A DNA stretch of 64,000 bases from Negativicutes bacterium (GCA_963665275.2 CAXXIN010000019.1:169444-233443), one strand, 5' to 3'. Positions 40,790 to 50,405 are shown, counted from the first letter of the stretch. Translations and numbers: made by a program. Notes: generated by a model from the letters alone, not told the origin.

Positions 40790-40962
40790 TCAGAACCTCA
40801 CGTTATTTCATTGTCTTGGGGATAATAGATAAAAATGGATAAACTATTCCTATTATTAGGATTCGCGTCATTGTTTAGCATTCCTGCTTTTCTACCCGCT
40901 TCGTATCAAACTGAACAAGTGTTTTCCCCAGTGCAGGTCGTTGGAAGTTGCATTTGTTTCTT

Positions 40963-41010
40963 CACATGCAAAGGAGGGCAAAGCACCCGCTTTGCCCTCC
41001 TTTGCATGTG
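40963..41010. other. Perfect 22-bp stem-loop between RTX gene 2 and the T1SS genes
   Basis: CACATGCAAAGGAGGGCAAAGC-ACCC-GCTTTGCCCTCCTTTGCATGTG; no U-tract in the transcribed (minus) direction. Confidence 0.85.
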
Positions 41011-41031
41011 TCGTTTCTCTTTCGATTGTAT

Positions 41032-44000
41032 TTACAGCCAAGTTGTTCCATCGGTGCTCTTCGTTACTATTCCTCCGGCGCCATCGCTGAAGTTGAAGCT
41101 GTTGAGCTGATTCCCCCCACCCAGGTTCCAATCGACCAGAGTGATTGTATCAGTTCCCCTGACTGTAAGGACAAGATCATTTCCGACAACGCCGATTGTA
41201 GCATCGGCGCTCAAGAAGGAACTCAGGTCCACGGAATCATCGCTATTGTCCACTGCGCCGGCAATTGTATCGTTGCCGAATCCATTACCGGAGTAGTCGA
41301 CAAACTGGTAGACATCGAAGCCAACCCCGCCGATCAGCAAGTTGTTGCCCTCTGTCCCTATAAGCATATCATCACCTGATCCGCCATTCAGAGTGTCATC
41401 GCCCCAAGAGTAGCTGCCGTCCAGAATATCATTGCCGTCCAGACCACTGAGCACGTTGTTCCCGACTGACCCAATGATGTAATTGTCGAGACTGTTACCA
41501 GTTCCGTTGATTGGCGCCCCGTATATCGCTCCGTCGAACAGTGTCAGGTTTTCGGTGAAATCCCCCAATGTGTAATCCACGGAGGAGTAAACGGTATCAT
41601 ATCCTGCTCCATCCTGCTCCACAACAACATCGCCCGCGTTGTCCACATAATAAGTGTCGTCATCTGTCCCGCCAATCATTGTATCGGCGCCCAATCCGCC
41701 GTCCAGGTTATTATATCCCGCCCCGCCGCCGTCCAGCACATTATCCATGTCGTTACCGACGATATAGTTGTCGAGACTGTTGCCTGTGCCGTTAATCGAC
41801 GTGTCGGTCAAGGTCAGGTTCTCGACGAAGTTCCCCAGCGCGTAATCCACGGAGGAGTAAACTGTATCATAATATCCTGCTCCGTCCTGCTCCGTTACGA
41901 CATCATTGACGTCGTCCACGACATAGGTGTCATCGCCCACGCCACCGATCAAAGCATCTGCACCCAGGCCTCCGTCCAGCGTGTCATTACCACCCAGGCC
42001 GCTGAGCGTGTTGTTCAAACCGTTACCGATAATTAAATTGTCACCGCCGATAAAGCCGCCGGAGCCGTTGGCGATGCCGGTGTTACCAGTGCCGGAAATC
42101 GCAGTGCCTGTCAGAGTCAAGTTCTCCAGATTGCCTCCCAATGTGTAGTTGATGGAGGACTGGACCGAATCCACCTCCAACGGGTACGAATAATTTGAAA
42201 CGTCAATTACCACGTCACTGGCGCTGTCCACCACATACGTGTCATTGCCAACCCCGCCGGACATCGAGTCGTTGCCAAGCCCACCGGCAAGTGTATCGTT
42301 GCCGCCCCCGCCGCTCAGGGTATCGTTGCCGTCTCCGCCGCTCAGGACGTTGTCCAATGTGTTGCCTGTCAGAACATTGGCGATCGAGTTGCCGGCGCCG
42401 TTGATCGCCGTTCCAGCCAGTGTCAGATTCTCCACGTTGAGATCCGTCAACGTGTAATCAAAAGACGACACGACCGTATCGGTTCCCCCGTTTGCAACTT
42501 CAACGACAACCGTGTCCATACTATTAATCACATAAGTGTCATTACCCTCCAGTCCGGAAAGTACATCGGCCAGACTGTTGCCTGTAAGAACATTGGCCAA
42601 ACTGTTGCCTGTACCGTTGATCGCCGCTCCCGTAAGCGTCAGGTTTTCGAGGTTGAGGTCAGTCAGTGTGTAATCAGAAGAGGATACCACCGTGTCGGTC
42701 CCTCCCCCCGGGAGTTCTACGATCGTGTCCAGACCGTCGATGACGTAGGTATCGTTGCCGGCTCCGCCGGTCAGCACGTTGGCCAGGCTGTTGCCTGTCA
42801 GGGTGTTGTTAGCGGCGTTTCCGGTCCCGTTGAGCGCCGTGCCCGTCAACGTCAGATTTTCCACATTCGGACTGGTCAATGTATAGTCAACAGAAGATAA
42901 AACAGTATCCGTACCGCTGTTCGATAGTTCATATATGACGTCTCCGGAGGAATCCACCAAATAGGTATCGTTCCCGGCGCCGCCATTCATCGAATCATTG
43001 CCGATGCCGCCGTCCAGCGTGTCGTTGCCGGCATCTCCGTAAAGCGTATCATTGGCGCCGAGACCGCTCAGCAGATTGTCGACGCTGTTGCCGAAAATTA
43101 CATTGGCCGCTGAACTGCCGGTACCATTGACCGCAGTTCCCGAAAGAGTCAGGTTTTCCAGATTGGGATTAGCCAGCGTGTAATCGAACGAAGCCACCAC
43201 CGTATCCGTGCCTTCGCCGGCATTCTCGACAATCAAGTCTCCCGCGCTGTCAATAACATAGCTATCGTCGCCCAGCCCACCGACCAGGGAATCGTCGCCG
43301 ATCCCTCCGTTCAATGAATCATTGCCGTTGCCGCCGACCAGCGTGTCAGTCCCCGCTCCGCCGTCGAGGGTGTCGTTGTTATCAAACCCATAAAGGATAT
43401 TGTTCTGGCCGTTGCCTGTTATATTGTTGAACAACGAATTTCCATTGCCGTTAATAGCCGAACCGGTCAGGACCAGATTCTCCAGATTGGTCCCTAATGT
43501 GTAGTCGATGCTTGACCGCACGGTGTCGGTCGAACCATTGCCCCCGAAGGTCGGCGGGTTGGCATCTGTTTCGACGATCACGTCACCGGTGTCGTCAACC
43601 ACGTAGGTAGTGGTCATGTAACCCGACCAGTTTCCGCCGTACATGGTGTCGGCGCCCGTCCCTCCGTCGAGGGTGTCGCTGCCGCCGCCACCGTAAATGA
43701 CATCGTTTCCGGCGCCGCCGAAAAAGTTCTGGATGCCGTTCCCTCCAGTCAGCACATTATTGAGTTCGTTGCCGGATATCAACAACCCGCTGGTATTGCC
43801 GACAGTCAGATTCTCGATGTTCGCCCCCAGAACGAATGCGGATACAGGGGTAAAGTTCAGGGTATCGATGCCTTCGTTGGGATTCTCGATTACGGTGTCA
43901 AAATAGGTATTATCCGCATAGTATACGTCGTTGCCCGCACCTCCATACATAGTGTCGACACCGGTTCCGCCATCCAGGGTGTCATTGTTGGCCAGTCCAT

Positions 44001-45636
44001 AAAGGATATCGTTTCCGGCCAATCCAAGTATGTTGTCCCTTGAGATCCCCCCCGTCAGAGTATCACTGAACGCGGTTCCCGTAATCGTCTGAGGTATGGC
44101 TACCGTGGCGATGCCGTCAGTCGCGAGAAGAGCGCCGATCTGGGATGTCCCCCCCAGCAACCAGTCCTTCAGCGTTAGGCTTCCCGTCGACCCCGTGATC
44201 GTGATGACCAGATCATTGGCGTTGAGCACATAATTCAGTTCCGCTTGGGTCGCATCAGAGAACACGATGGTGTCCAGGTTGCTTGCCACATCGGCGGTAA
44301 TGACATCAAAACCCTGCCCCTTGGCATATACATATTGATCTGCGCCAGCACCCCCGGTCAGCGTGTCGTTCCCCAGTCCGCCCGAAAGCGTATCGTTGCC
44401 GGCATTACCTGTGAGTATGTTATTCATACTGTTGCCTGTCATCACGTTGTTGTCCGCATTGCCGGTACCGTTGATCGCACTCGTGCCCGTCAGAGTCAGG
44501 TTCTCCACGTTCGTTCCCAGAGTATAACTGACACTGGATTGAACGAGGTCAGTTCCGGCATTCAACAATTCGGTCACCGCGTCACCACTATTATCCACCA
44601 CGTAGGTATCGTTGCCCAAGCCGCCGAACATTGAATCCGCCCCAAGACCGCCGTTGAGCGTATCATTGGCAGCAAAGCCCCATAGAGTATCGCTCCCAAC
44701 CAAACCTGAAATCAGCGCCCCGGTCACGATGGGAACATCAGTCCGTCCTTGCGCAAAGCCCTGCAAAATAAACTGCCGGGTAGCCGCAGCGGTATCCGTA
44801 CCGAATTGATATTGCATTTCCGCATAGTTCGCCAGGTATTGCTCCGCATTGAAGGTGGTAGTTCGTCCTTCCGCATACCCATTCGTGATATAGTGGCTTG
44901 TTGCCGCCGAAGTGTTGGCGCCAAACGGGGCGATCAGATCCCCATAGGAGGCAATATAACGCAGCGGATCAAACGTGGTGGTTCGCCCTTCTGCATACCC
45001 ATTCATGATATAGTGGCTTGTTGCCGCCGAAGTGTTGGCGCCAAACGCGGCGATCAGATCCCCGTAGGAGGCAATATAGCCGAGCGCATCAAAATTCGCT
45101 GTTCGCCCTTCCGCATACCCATTCGTGATATAGTGGCTTGTTGCCGCCGAAGTGTTGGCGCCAAACGCGGCGATCAAATCTCCGTAGGAGGCAGTATAAC
45201 GCAGCGGGTCAAACGTGGTGGTTCGCCCTTCGGCATGGCCATTCGCAATATAGTGCGAGAAACCGGCTGCCTGATCTGTGCCGTACGCATTGATCAAATC
45301 GCCATAGGAAGCGATATAGTTTAACGGATTGAAATTTTGATAGGAGCCGGGAACAGTCTGGTCACTAAACTGAAGCGACTCAACATTGTTTACTGTATCG
45401 AACCCATTGGCCCCCGATAAATCCCCTATCCAGGACATAGTACTGTTGACTCTATAAATTGCATAATTCGAAAGTGGACCTGAATAAATCGCCGTATCTG
45501 TTCCGGTTCCGCCATCAAGAGCATCATTTGCGCCCAGTCCCTGTAATACGTCATCTCCAGCTAGCCCATTCAGAACATCTGCACTACTGGTTCCCACTAG
45601 ATTGTCATTACCTGAAGTACCATTCAACGTAGCCAT
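41032..45636 (-). CDS. Large RTX (Ca-binding) T1SS substrate 2, 1534 aa
   Basis: GGxGxD repeats and 'DTVxSSxDYTL..NLENLTLTG' modules; no signal peptide; GGGAGG RBS. Confidence 0.92.
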   Translation of the reverse strand: MATLNGTSGNDNLVGTSSADVLNGLAGDDVLQGLGANDALDGGTGTDTAIYSGPLSNYAIYRVNSTMSWIGDLSGANGFDTVNNVESLQFSDQTVPGSYQNFNPLNYIASYGDLINAYGTDQAAGFSHYIANGHAEGRTTTFDPLRYTASYGDLIAAFGANTSAATSHYITNGYAEGRTANFDALGYIASYGDLIAAFGANTSAATSHYIMNGYAEGRTTTFDPLRYIASYGDLIAPFGANTSAATSHYITNGYAEGRTTTFNAEQYLANYAEMQYQFGTDTAAATRQFILQGFAQGRTDVPIVTGALISGLVGSDTLWGFAANDTLNGGLGADSMFGGLGNDTYVVDNSGDAVTELLNAGTDLVQSSVSYTLGTNVENLTLTGTSAINGTGNADNNVMTGNSMNNILTGNAGNDTLSGGLGNDTLTGGAGADQYVYAKGQGFDVITADVASNLDTIVFSDATQAELNYVLNANDLVITITGSTGSLTLKDWLLGGTSQIGALLATDGIATVAIPQTITGTAFSDTLTGGISRDNILGLAGNDILYGLANNDTLDGGTGVDTMYGGAGNDVYYADNTYFDTVIENPNEGIDTLNFTPVSAFVLGANIENLTVGNTSGLLISGNELNNVLTGGNGIQNFFGGAGNDVIYGGGGSDTLDGGTGADTMYGGNWSGYMTTTYVVDDTGDVIVETDANPPTFGGNGSTDTVRSSIDYTLGTNLENLVLTGSAINGNGNSLFNNITGNGQNNILYGFDNNDTLDGGAGTDTLVGGNGNDSLNGGIGDDSLVGGLGDDSYVIDSAGDLIVENAGEGTDTVVASFDYTLANPNLENLTLSGTAVNGTGSSAANVIFGNSVDNLLSGLGANDTLYGDAGNDTLDGGIGNDSMNGGAGNDTYLVDSSGDVIYELSNSGTDTVLSSVDYTLTSPNVENLTLTGTALNGTGNAANNTLTGNSLANVLTGGAGNDTYVIDGLDTIVELPGGGTDTVVSSSDYTLTDLNLENLTLTGAAINGTGNSLANVLTGNSLADVLSGLEGNDTYVINSMDTVVVEVANGGTDTVVSSFDYTLTDLNVENLTLAGTAINGAGNSIANVLTGNTLDNVLSGGDGNDTLSGGGGNDTLAGGLGNDSMSGGVGNDTYVVDSASDVVIDVSNYSYPLEVDSVQSSINYTLGGNLENLTLTGTAISGTGNTGIANGSGGFIGGDNLIIGNGLNNTLSGLGGNDTLDGGLGADALIGGVGDDTYVVDDVNDVVTEQDGAGYYDTVYSSVDYALGNFVENLTLTDTSINGTGNSLDNYIVGNDMDNVLDGGGAGYNNLDGGLGADTMIGGTDDDTYYVDNAGDVVVEQDGAGYDTVYSSVDYTLGDFTENLTLFDGAIYGAPINGTGNSLDNYIIGSVGNNVLSGLDGNDILDGSYSWGDDTLNGGSGDDMLIGTEGNNLLIGGVGFDVYQFVDYSGNGFGNDTIAGAVDNSDDSVDLSSFLSADATIGVVGNDLVLTVRGTDTITLVDWNLGGGNQLNSFNFSDGAGGIVTKSTDGTTWL
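44735..45340 (-). repeat. 120-bp 'YIASYGDL' repeats x5 in RTX 2
   Basis: 120-bp period at 44881/45001/45121. Confidence 0.9.
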
Positions 45637-45704
45637 TCAAATCATCCTCCCTTTTTTCACGATATAAAGTCTTGCGTGATAAACCATTTAACCAATACGA
45701 TTAA

Positions 45705-45782
45705 ATGGGGCGGGTGGACTCACTATTGGCTCTGCGCAAGACAAGTGACCGTTTAAGTCTTGCGCTTCATCGCTCCATTGTT
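45705..45782 (-). ncRNA. c-di-GMP-II-like riboswitch in 5' UTR of RTX gene 2
   Basis: GGAGCGATGA-AGCGCAAGAC-TTAAA-CGGTCACTT-GTCTTGCGC-AGAGCCAAT-AGTGAGTCCACCCGCC; stem covaries with copy at 33390. Confidence 0.78.
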
Positions 45783-45987
45783 CTTAATAGATTTAATTTA
45801 TTAAATAATATTGTCTATTGTTTATTATACGCCTCTAATTGTATTTTGCCTACCAATTTTTCAATAATTATATAATTTTGTATTAATTAAGATAATTTAC
45901 CGACAGTATTCGACTTGCAAGCTCAACCTAAGTAGTGTTTTTTACCATATTCAATATGATTCTTCTAATAGTCCATTTTCCACAAGC

Positions 45988-46033
45988 AAAACTCAAACCG
46001 CCCTAGGCTACAAGTGCCTAGGGCGGTTTGAGT
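45988..46033 (-). terminator. Intrinsic terminator of S8 protease gene
   Basis: ACTCAAACCGCCCTAGGC...GCCTAGGGCGGTTTGAGT 18-bp stem, T-run on minus strand. Confidence 0.85.
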
Positions 46034-46060
46034 GGAAAGTAATTTAAAATTCTGTTTTAT

Positions 46061-48886
46061 TTATTGATTTGTTGGCCCACTCCAGAATTCTGCCCCATTA
46101 TTATACGTAAAGCTGTTCATCTGGCTGTCACCGACGCCCAGGTTCCAATCGGCAAGGGTAGCGGTGTCAAGAGAGTTGTTCACATTTCCAGTAGCTGTGG
46201 CATTACCGACGGCGTACTGCTCGTTCACCGAATTTACCAAACTTTGGTCTGAATCGGAGGGAGCATTTTGCCCTTGCTGACCACTTGAATAGGTTCGCCC
46301 TTCACGATATCCATAATTGATGTAATGATTCGTCGCCGCCACCTGATCCGCGCCGAAAGCGGCCCGCAAATCCCCGTAGTTCGCTAAATACTGCGCTGCG
46401 TCAAACCGTGTAGTGGAGCGATGTTCATTATAGCCGTTCTGGATATAGTGAGTTGCTCCCGCGGTCTGATTGGCCCCGAATGCGCTGATCAAGTCCCCGT
46501 ACGATGCGATATACTCCAGTCCGTCAAAGGAAGTGGAACGGTGTTCATTATAGCCGTTCTGGATATAGTGGGTTGCTCCCGCAGTCTGATTGGCCCCGAA
46601 CGCGCTGATCAAGTCTCCGTACGATGCGATATACTCCAATCCGTCAAAGGAAGTGGAACGGTGTTCATTATAGCCGTTCTGAATATAATGAGCTGTTCCT
46701 GCGGTCTGATTCGCCCCGAACGCGCTGATCAAGTCCCTGTAAGACGCGATGTACTCCAGTCCATCAAAGGAAGTGGCACGATGCTCACTATAGCCGCTCA
46801 GAACGTAGTGAGCTGTGCCTGCCGCCTGATTTGTTCCGAAAGCGCCGATCAAATCTCCGTACGACGCGATGTACTGCAGTCCATCAAAATTGCTGTAGGA
46901 TCCGCCCACTACCCGATCACTGAAATTTAATTGCTCAATGCTTGTCAGGCGATCGAGTCCTTCAATATATCTATTGTCGCCAACCCATCGGTAACCAGCA
47001 TAATCAATCACTGTATAATTGGATGATGACGCAAAATAGCAGGCGGCATCATCTCCAACGCCTCCATCAATAAAGTCGTTTCCACGCCCGCCATACAGTT
47101 GGTTCGTCAACATATTGCCGATAATAGTATCGTTCCCATCACCACCATAAGCTTTCTCAATCTTGTTTGCCGTAATAGAGAATGCCCGGCCAGCTATAGT
47201 GCTGACGCCACCGCTCAGATTGATCACGCTGTTTGATGTGACGGCGGCGGCATTAACGCTATCCGTCCCGCCGTTTGTATCATTCAGCGCTTGACGGGCA
47301 GTCAGGTTGTTGCTGGTCGTGCCAAATTCGTTAGTATACCCGTATACGTCGTCCGCAGAGAGCGAATCGCCATACAAGCGTAGCGACCATGAGTTCAATG
47401 TTCCGATGTCGCCACCCGCCATGTCCTGAACTTTCAATGTCCAGTTTCCTGTTCCAGTTTCGCCCCAAAACTGTGTGCTGGAAGTAACAAAATTGATGTT
47501 ATTTTGCGTCCCGCCAGCGCGATTAAACAGCCTGCTGACCGTACCCGTGGGAGAGGTAATCGTTACAACCAGATCTCCGATATACGGATGCGTGATCTGA
47601 AGATCAACTTCCACATGGTCAATATTAATCCCTGAGCCGACTTCGATACTACTGGTCGCACCAGCCGCATCAGCATCCGGAATCGCAAGATTCGGAGTTG
47701 CCGTTTGAAGGATAGACGCTTCATTCGATACGGTGTGCTGCCCTTGCCAGGTTTCTGCCAAACGCACTGCCGCCCGTGCATCTACCAACCCGGCGCCCAC
47801 ATCATCGCTGAAGTGCATTCCGCCTCCGTTCCAATGCGTCGATCCATTAAACTGAAATGACGATGCTGTATTGGGAGTAGATCGAGCCGACAAAGCCAGA
47901 ATCTCCTGTACATCACGCAATCCCAACCGAGGATTCGCCTCCAGCATCAGCGCTACTACGCCGGAAACCATTGGCGCCGCTGCCGACGTGCCATTAAAAG
48001 TGGTGGTGTAGTCGCCGGTAGTATAGCCGGGAGTACCGCGCCGGTCGGTAGTAACGATCGTACCTGCATAGTCACTACCCGGCGCAGCAACCAGGATTGA
48101 CGCCCCTGGCGTGCTATAGGAAGCCACTGAACCATCTGCCAGCGTCGCCGCTACCGTAGTAATGAAACGGCTATTCTGGAAATTGTGATAGTTCACGTTG
48201 TCGTTATCGGGCCTCGCATTGCCTGCCGATTGCACAATAACGCAGCCTAGACCATTTCTCCCGTTGGTCGCCGCACCCGTCAGGGCCGTTGCAACCGGAG
48301 CAAAACTCGCAGACCGGAAGTCGTCGCCCATTACACCACCATAGCCCCAGGAATTATTCTCCACATCCGCATGTCCGGTGATGTAATTATAACCGTTGAC
48401 CAGTCCCTGAGTCCCACTTCCATCGGCACCAAAATGGTCATAAATTCCAATCAGGATTGAGTCATAAGCCACTCCTACGCCACCGATCCCGTTGTTCGCA
48501 GTGGCGCCAATAATTCCCGCCACCGCCGTGCCGTGGTTGTCAGTGCTGAGTAACGGCACTCCCCCTACGGCGCTGGTGCTAGCGTTGATACTCTGAGCGG
48601 CATCGAAATGAGTCAGATCTGGATGGTTTGGATCAATCCCCTGGTCATACACCGCCACGCGAACGCCCCGTCCGGTATATTCATTCCAGACATCCGCTAT
48701 ATTGATGCCGAAAGTTCCGTTCAGATGCCATTGAGAACTGAAGAGGGGATCAGACGGAGTGAAATCAGCCTGGTTTACCGGGTCCGCGTTTGGACTGCTG
48801 CTTCCTTCCCCCCATGCGTTGCCCTCAACAGGCCCCGTCGTTGCATTCACTAGAATCTCGTTCCCCGTAATATTCTCTGTTTTCAT
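46061..48886 (-). CDS. Kexin/furin-like S8 serine protease with P-domain, RTX repeats and YIASYGDL repeats
   Basis: Triad 'VYDQG', 'NHGTAVAG', 'NGTSAAAP'; P-domain 'ITHPYIGDL...GNWTLKVQD'; GGDGND repeats. Confidence 0.92.
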   Translation of the reverse strand: MKTENITGNEILVNATTGPVEGNAWGEGSSSPNADPVNQADFTPSDPLFSSQWHLNGTFGINIADVWNEYTGRGVRVAVYDQGIDPNHPDLTHFDAAQSINASTSAVGGVPLLSTDNHGTAVAGIIGATANNGIGGVGVAYDSILIGIYDHFGADGSGTQGLVNGYNYITGHADVENNSWGYGGVMGDDFRSASFAPVATALTGAATNGRNGLGCVIVQSAGNARPDNDNVNYHNFQNSRFITTVAATLADGSVASYSTPGASILVAAPGSDYAGTIVTTDRRGTPGYTTGDYTTTFNGTSAAAPMVSGVVALMLEANPRLGLRDVQEILALSARSTPNTASSFQFNGSTHWNGGGMHFSDDVGAGLVDARAAVRLAETWQGQHTVSNEASILQTATPNLAIPDADAAGATSSIEVGSGINIDHVEVDLQITHPYIGDLVVTITSPTGTVSRLFNRAGGTQNNINFVTSSTQFWGETGTGNWTLKVQDMAGGDIGTLNSWSLRLYGDSLSADDVYGYTNEFGTTSNNLTARQALNDTNGGTDSVNAAAVTSNSVINLSGGVSTIAGRAFSITANKIEKAYGGDGNDTIIGNMLTNQLYGGRGNDFIDGGVGDDAACYFASSSNYTVIDYAGYRWVGDNRYIEGLDRLTSIEQLNFSDRVVGGSYSNFDGLQYIASYGDLIGAFGTNQAAGTAHYVLSGYSEHRATSFDGLEYIASYRDLISAFGANQTAGTAHYIQNGYNEHRSTSFDGLEYIASYGDLISAFGANQTAGATHYIQNGYNEHRSTSFDGLEYIASYGDLISAFGANQTAGATHYIQNGYNEHRSTTRFDAAQYLANYGDLRAAFGADQVAATNHYINYGYREGRTYSSGQQGQNAPSDSDQSLVNSVNEQYAVGNATATGNVNNSLDTATLADWNLGVGDSQMNSFTYNNGAEFWSGPTNQ
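46285..46890 (-). repeat. 120-bp 'YIASYGDL' repeats x5 at S8 protease C-terminus
   Basis: 120-bp period at 46441/46561. Confidence 0.9.
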
Positions 48887-49155
48887 GTGTCCCTCCCCAT
48901 TGTCCACCTATATATACTTCTCATATAATTTTTTTCGAGCATAATTTGGAAACCCCTGCCCAAATTAGATTATTCTTTGAATTTATTTTTCATACAAAAA
49001 TCGACACCAGTCATTCGTGACCAATGTCGAGGAGACACTGATAATTTCGGGCAAAAATAGGTTTCTATATAGGCAGTATGTGAAATTCTTGCCGAGATAC
49101 TGTATAGAAAACATGAAGACAGTTTAAATCATCCCTCGGGCTTCCTCTTAGTCCC

Positions 49156-49258
49156 CTACTCCTCATTCCACTGCAAATTACGCTGATAATTGTCACTGTA
49201 GCCTACGACCAAGTCCACCGCGTGTCCCAACAGGTGCACAGCGCATACAGCACGCCAC
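49156..49258 (-). pseudogene. Degenerate, internally deleted copy of the 3' end of the MORN/M15 gene (22690-22865)
   Basis: CTACTCCTCATTCCACTGCA identical to 22690; translates to GVL.AL/HLLGHAVDLVV..DNYQRNLQWNEE* vs GVLHSLHLSGRAVDLVV..DNYHLHLQWNEE*. Confidence 0.82.
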
Positions 49259-49280
49259 TTACGAAACTCCCAACCAATAG

Positions 49281-50405
49281 TTATATAATACGGGAAGCGC
49301 TACTGCCAGTCCGCTTGGGTTGGGTTTCATTACCAATGACACGCCTTATGATCTCAACAGTTCGGTTCGCTGCCTGGTCCCACAAGAACTCCATAGCCCT
49401 TTTACGGCCGCGTTTTTTGAGAATTTCACGTAGTGGATCGTCTTCCAATATCTGCCTGATCACTTCGGCCATCTCGATTGGATCTTTTGGATCAAAATAA
49501 ACCGCGGCGTCCCCACAGACTTCCGGCATTGAAGCCACTCCAGAAACTGCCACAGGACAACCGGCCGCCATTGCCTCTAGCACAGTTAACCCAAATCCTT
49601 CATAAAAGGACGGCAAAACTAATGCCCGCGCATGGGCATAATACTGTTGCAGATCTTCGAACGAAACTCTGCCAGTAAAATGCACCCGATTTCCAAGTTG
49701 TTTCGCAACCGCCATCAGTTCGGGATCTCCAGTTAAAAAGCCTCCCCGTTCACCAACAATAACCAAATCCACATCCGTACTGTTCATAATAGTGAAATAA
49801 GCCGTAACCAAGCCCCTTAGATTTTTGTGCGGTTTTACGTTTCCAACATAAAGCAAATATTTGCGCGCGTATGATCTTTTTCCAGATGGAATCGAAAACC
49901 ACGCCTCGTCCACTCCGTTTGGGACTACATAAATACGTTCACGTTCTGCCCACGCACCAAACAATCTTGTCAATTCATCGGCCGTAAACCGCGATACAGT
50001 CAAAACCGCCCTAGCCTTTTTCAGGGCGGCGCGAAACATTACATGCGCATACAGTTGTTTTTTACAACCCGGGAACAACTCCGGCATCGCTACATGCACC
50101 GCATCATGAATTGTCACCATTAATGGCACCCGCGAAAAAACGGGGATGTTATAGTGCGGTGCCCACAACAAGGAAGTTCCTTCGGGAATGGCCAACGCCA
50201 AATCCCACTGTTCCCTTATAGAATATATTGGCACAACTAGTGGCCTCACCGAGCAATTATTTGCACGAACGCCGGCTAACACATCTAAATTACCCAGTAA
50301 TACAAACTCTGTATCAGGCATTCGCTTAATAACGCGTGGCACCATGTTTTGAAGGTAAATGCCGATTCCTGAAGCATTCCACATCCGACAATCGATGGTA
50401 ATCAT
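49281..50405 (-). CDS. Glycosyltransferase family 4
   Basis: 'SGIGIY', 'VTIHD', 'KPHKNL', 'PSFYEGFGLTVLEAMAAG'. Confidence 0.9.
   Translation of the reverse strand: MITIDCRMWNASGIGIYLQNMVPRVIKRMPDTEFVLLGNLDVLAGVRANNCSVRPLVVPIYSIREQWDLALAIPEGTSLLWAPHYNIPVFSRVPLMVTIHDAVHVAMPELFPGCKKQLYAHVMFRAALKKARAVLTVSRFTADELTRLFGAWAERERIYVVPNGVDEAWFSIPSGKRSYARKYLLYVGNVKPHKNLRGLVTAYFTIMNSTDVDLVIVGERGGFLTGDPELMAVAKQLGNRVHFTGRVSFEDLQQYYAHARALVLPSFYEGFGLTVLEAMAAGCPVAVSGVASMPEVCGDAAVYFDPKDPIEMAEVIRQILEDDPLREILKKRGRKRAMEFLWDQAANRTVEIIRRVIGNETQPKRTGSSASRII

Noticed and set aside
42104-42113. GTGCCTGTCA inside RTX2
   Set aside because: Encodes the recurrent LTGT motif; no hairpin.
44735-46890. 120-bp periodic repeats as a possible CRISPR or DGR array
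   Set aside because: In-frame protein repeats without unique spacers; no cas or reverse transcriptase genes.
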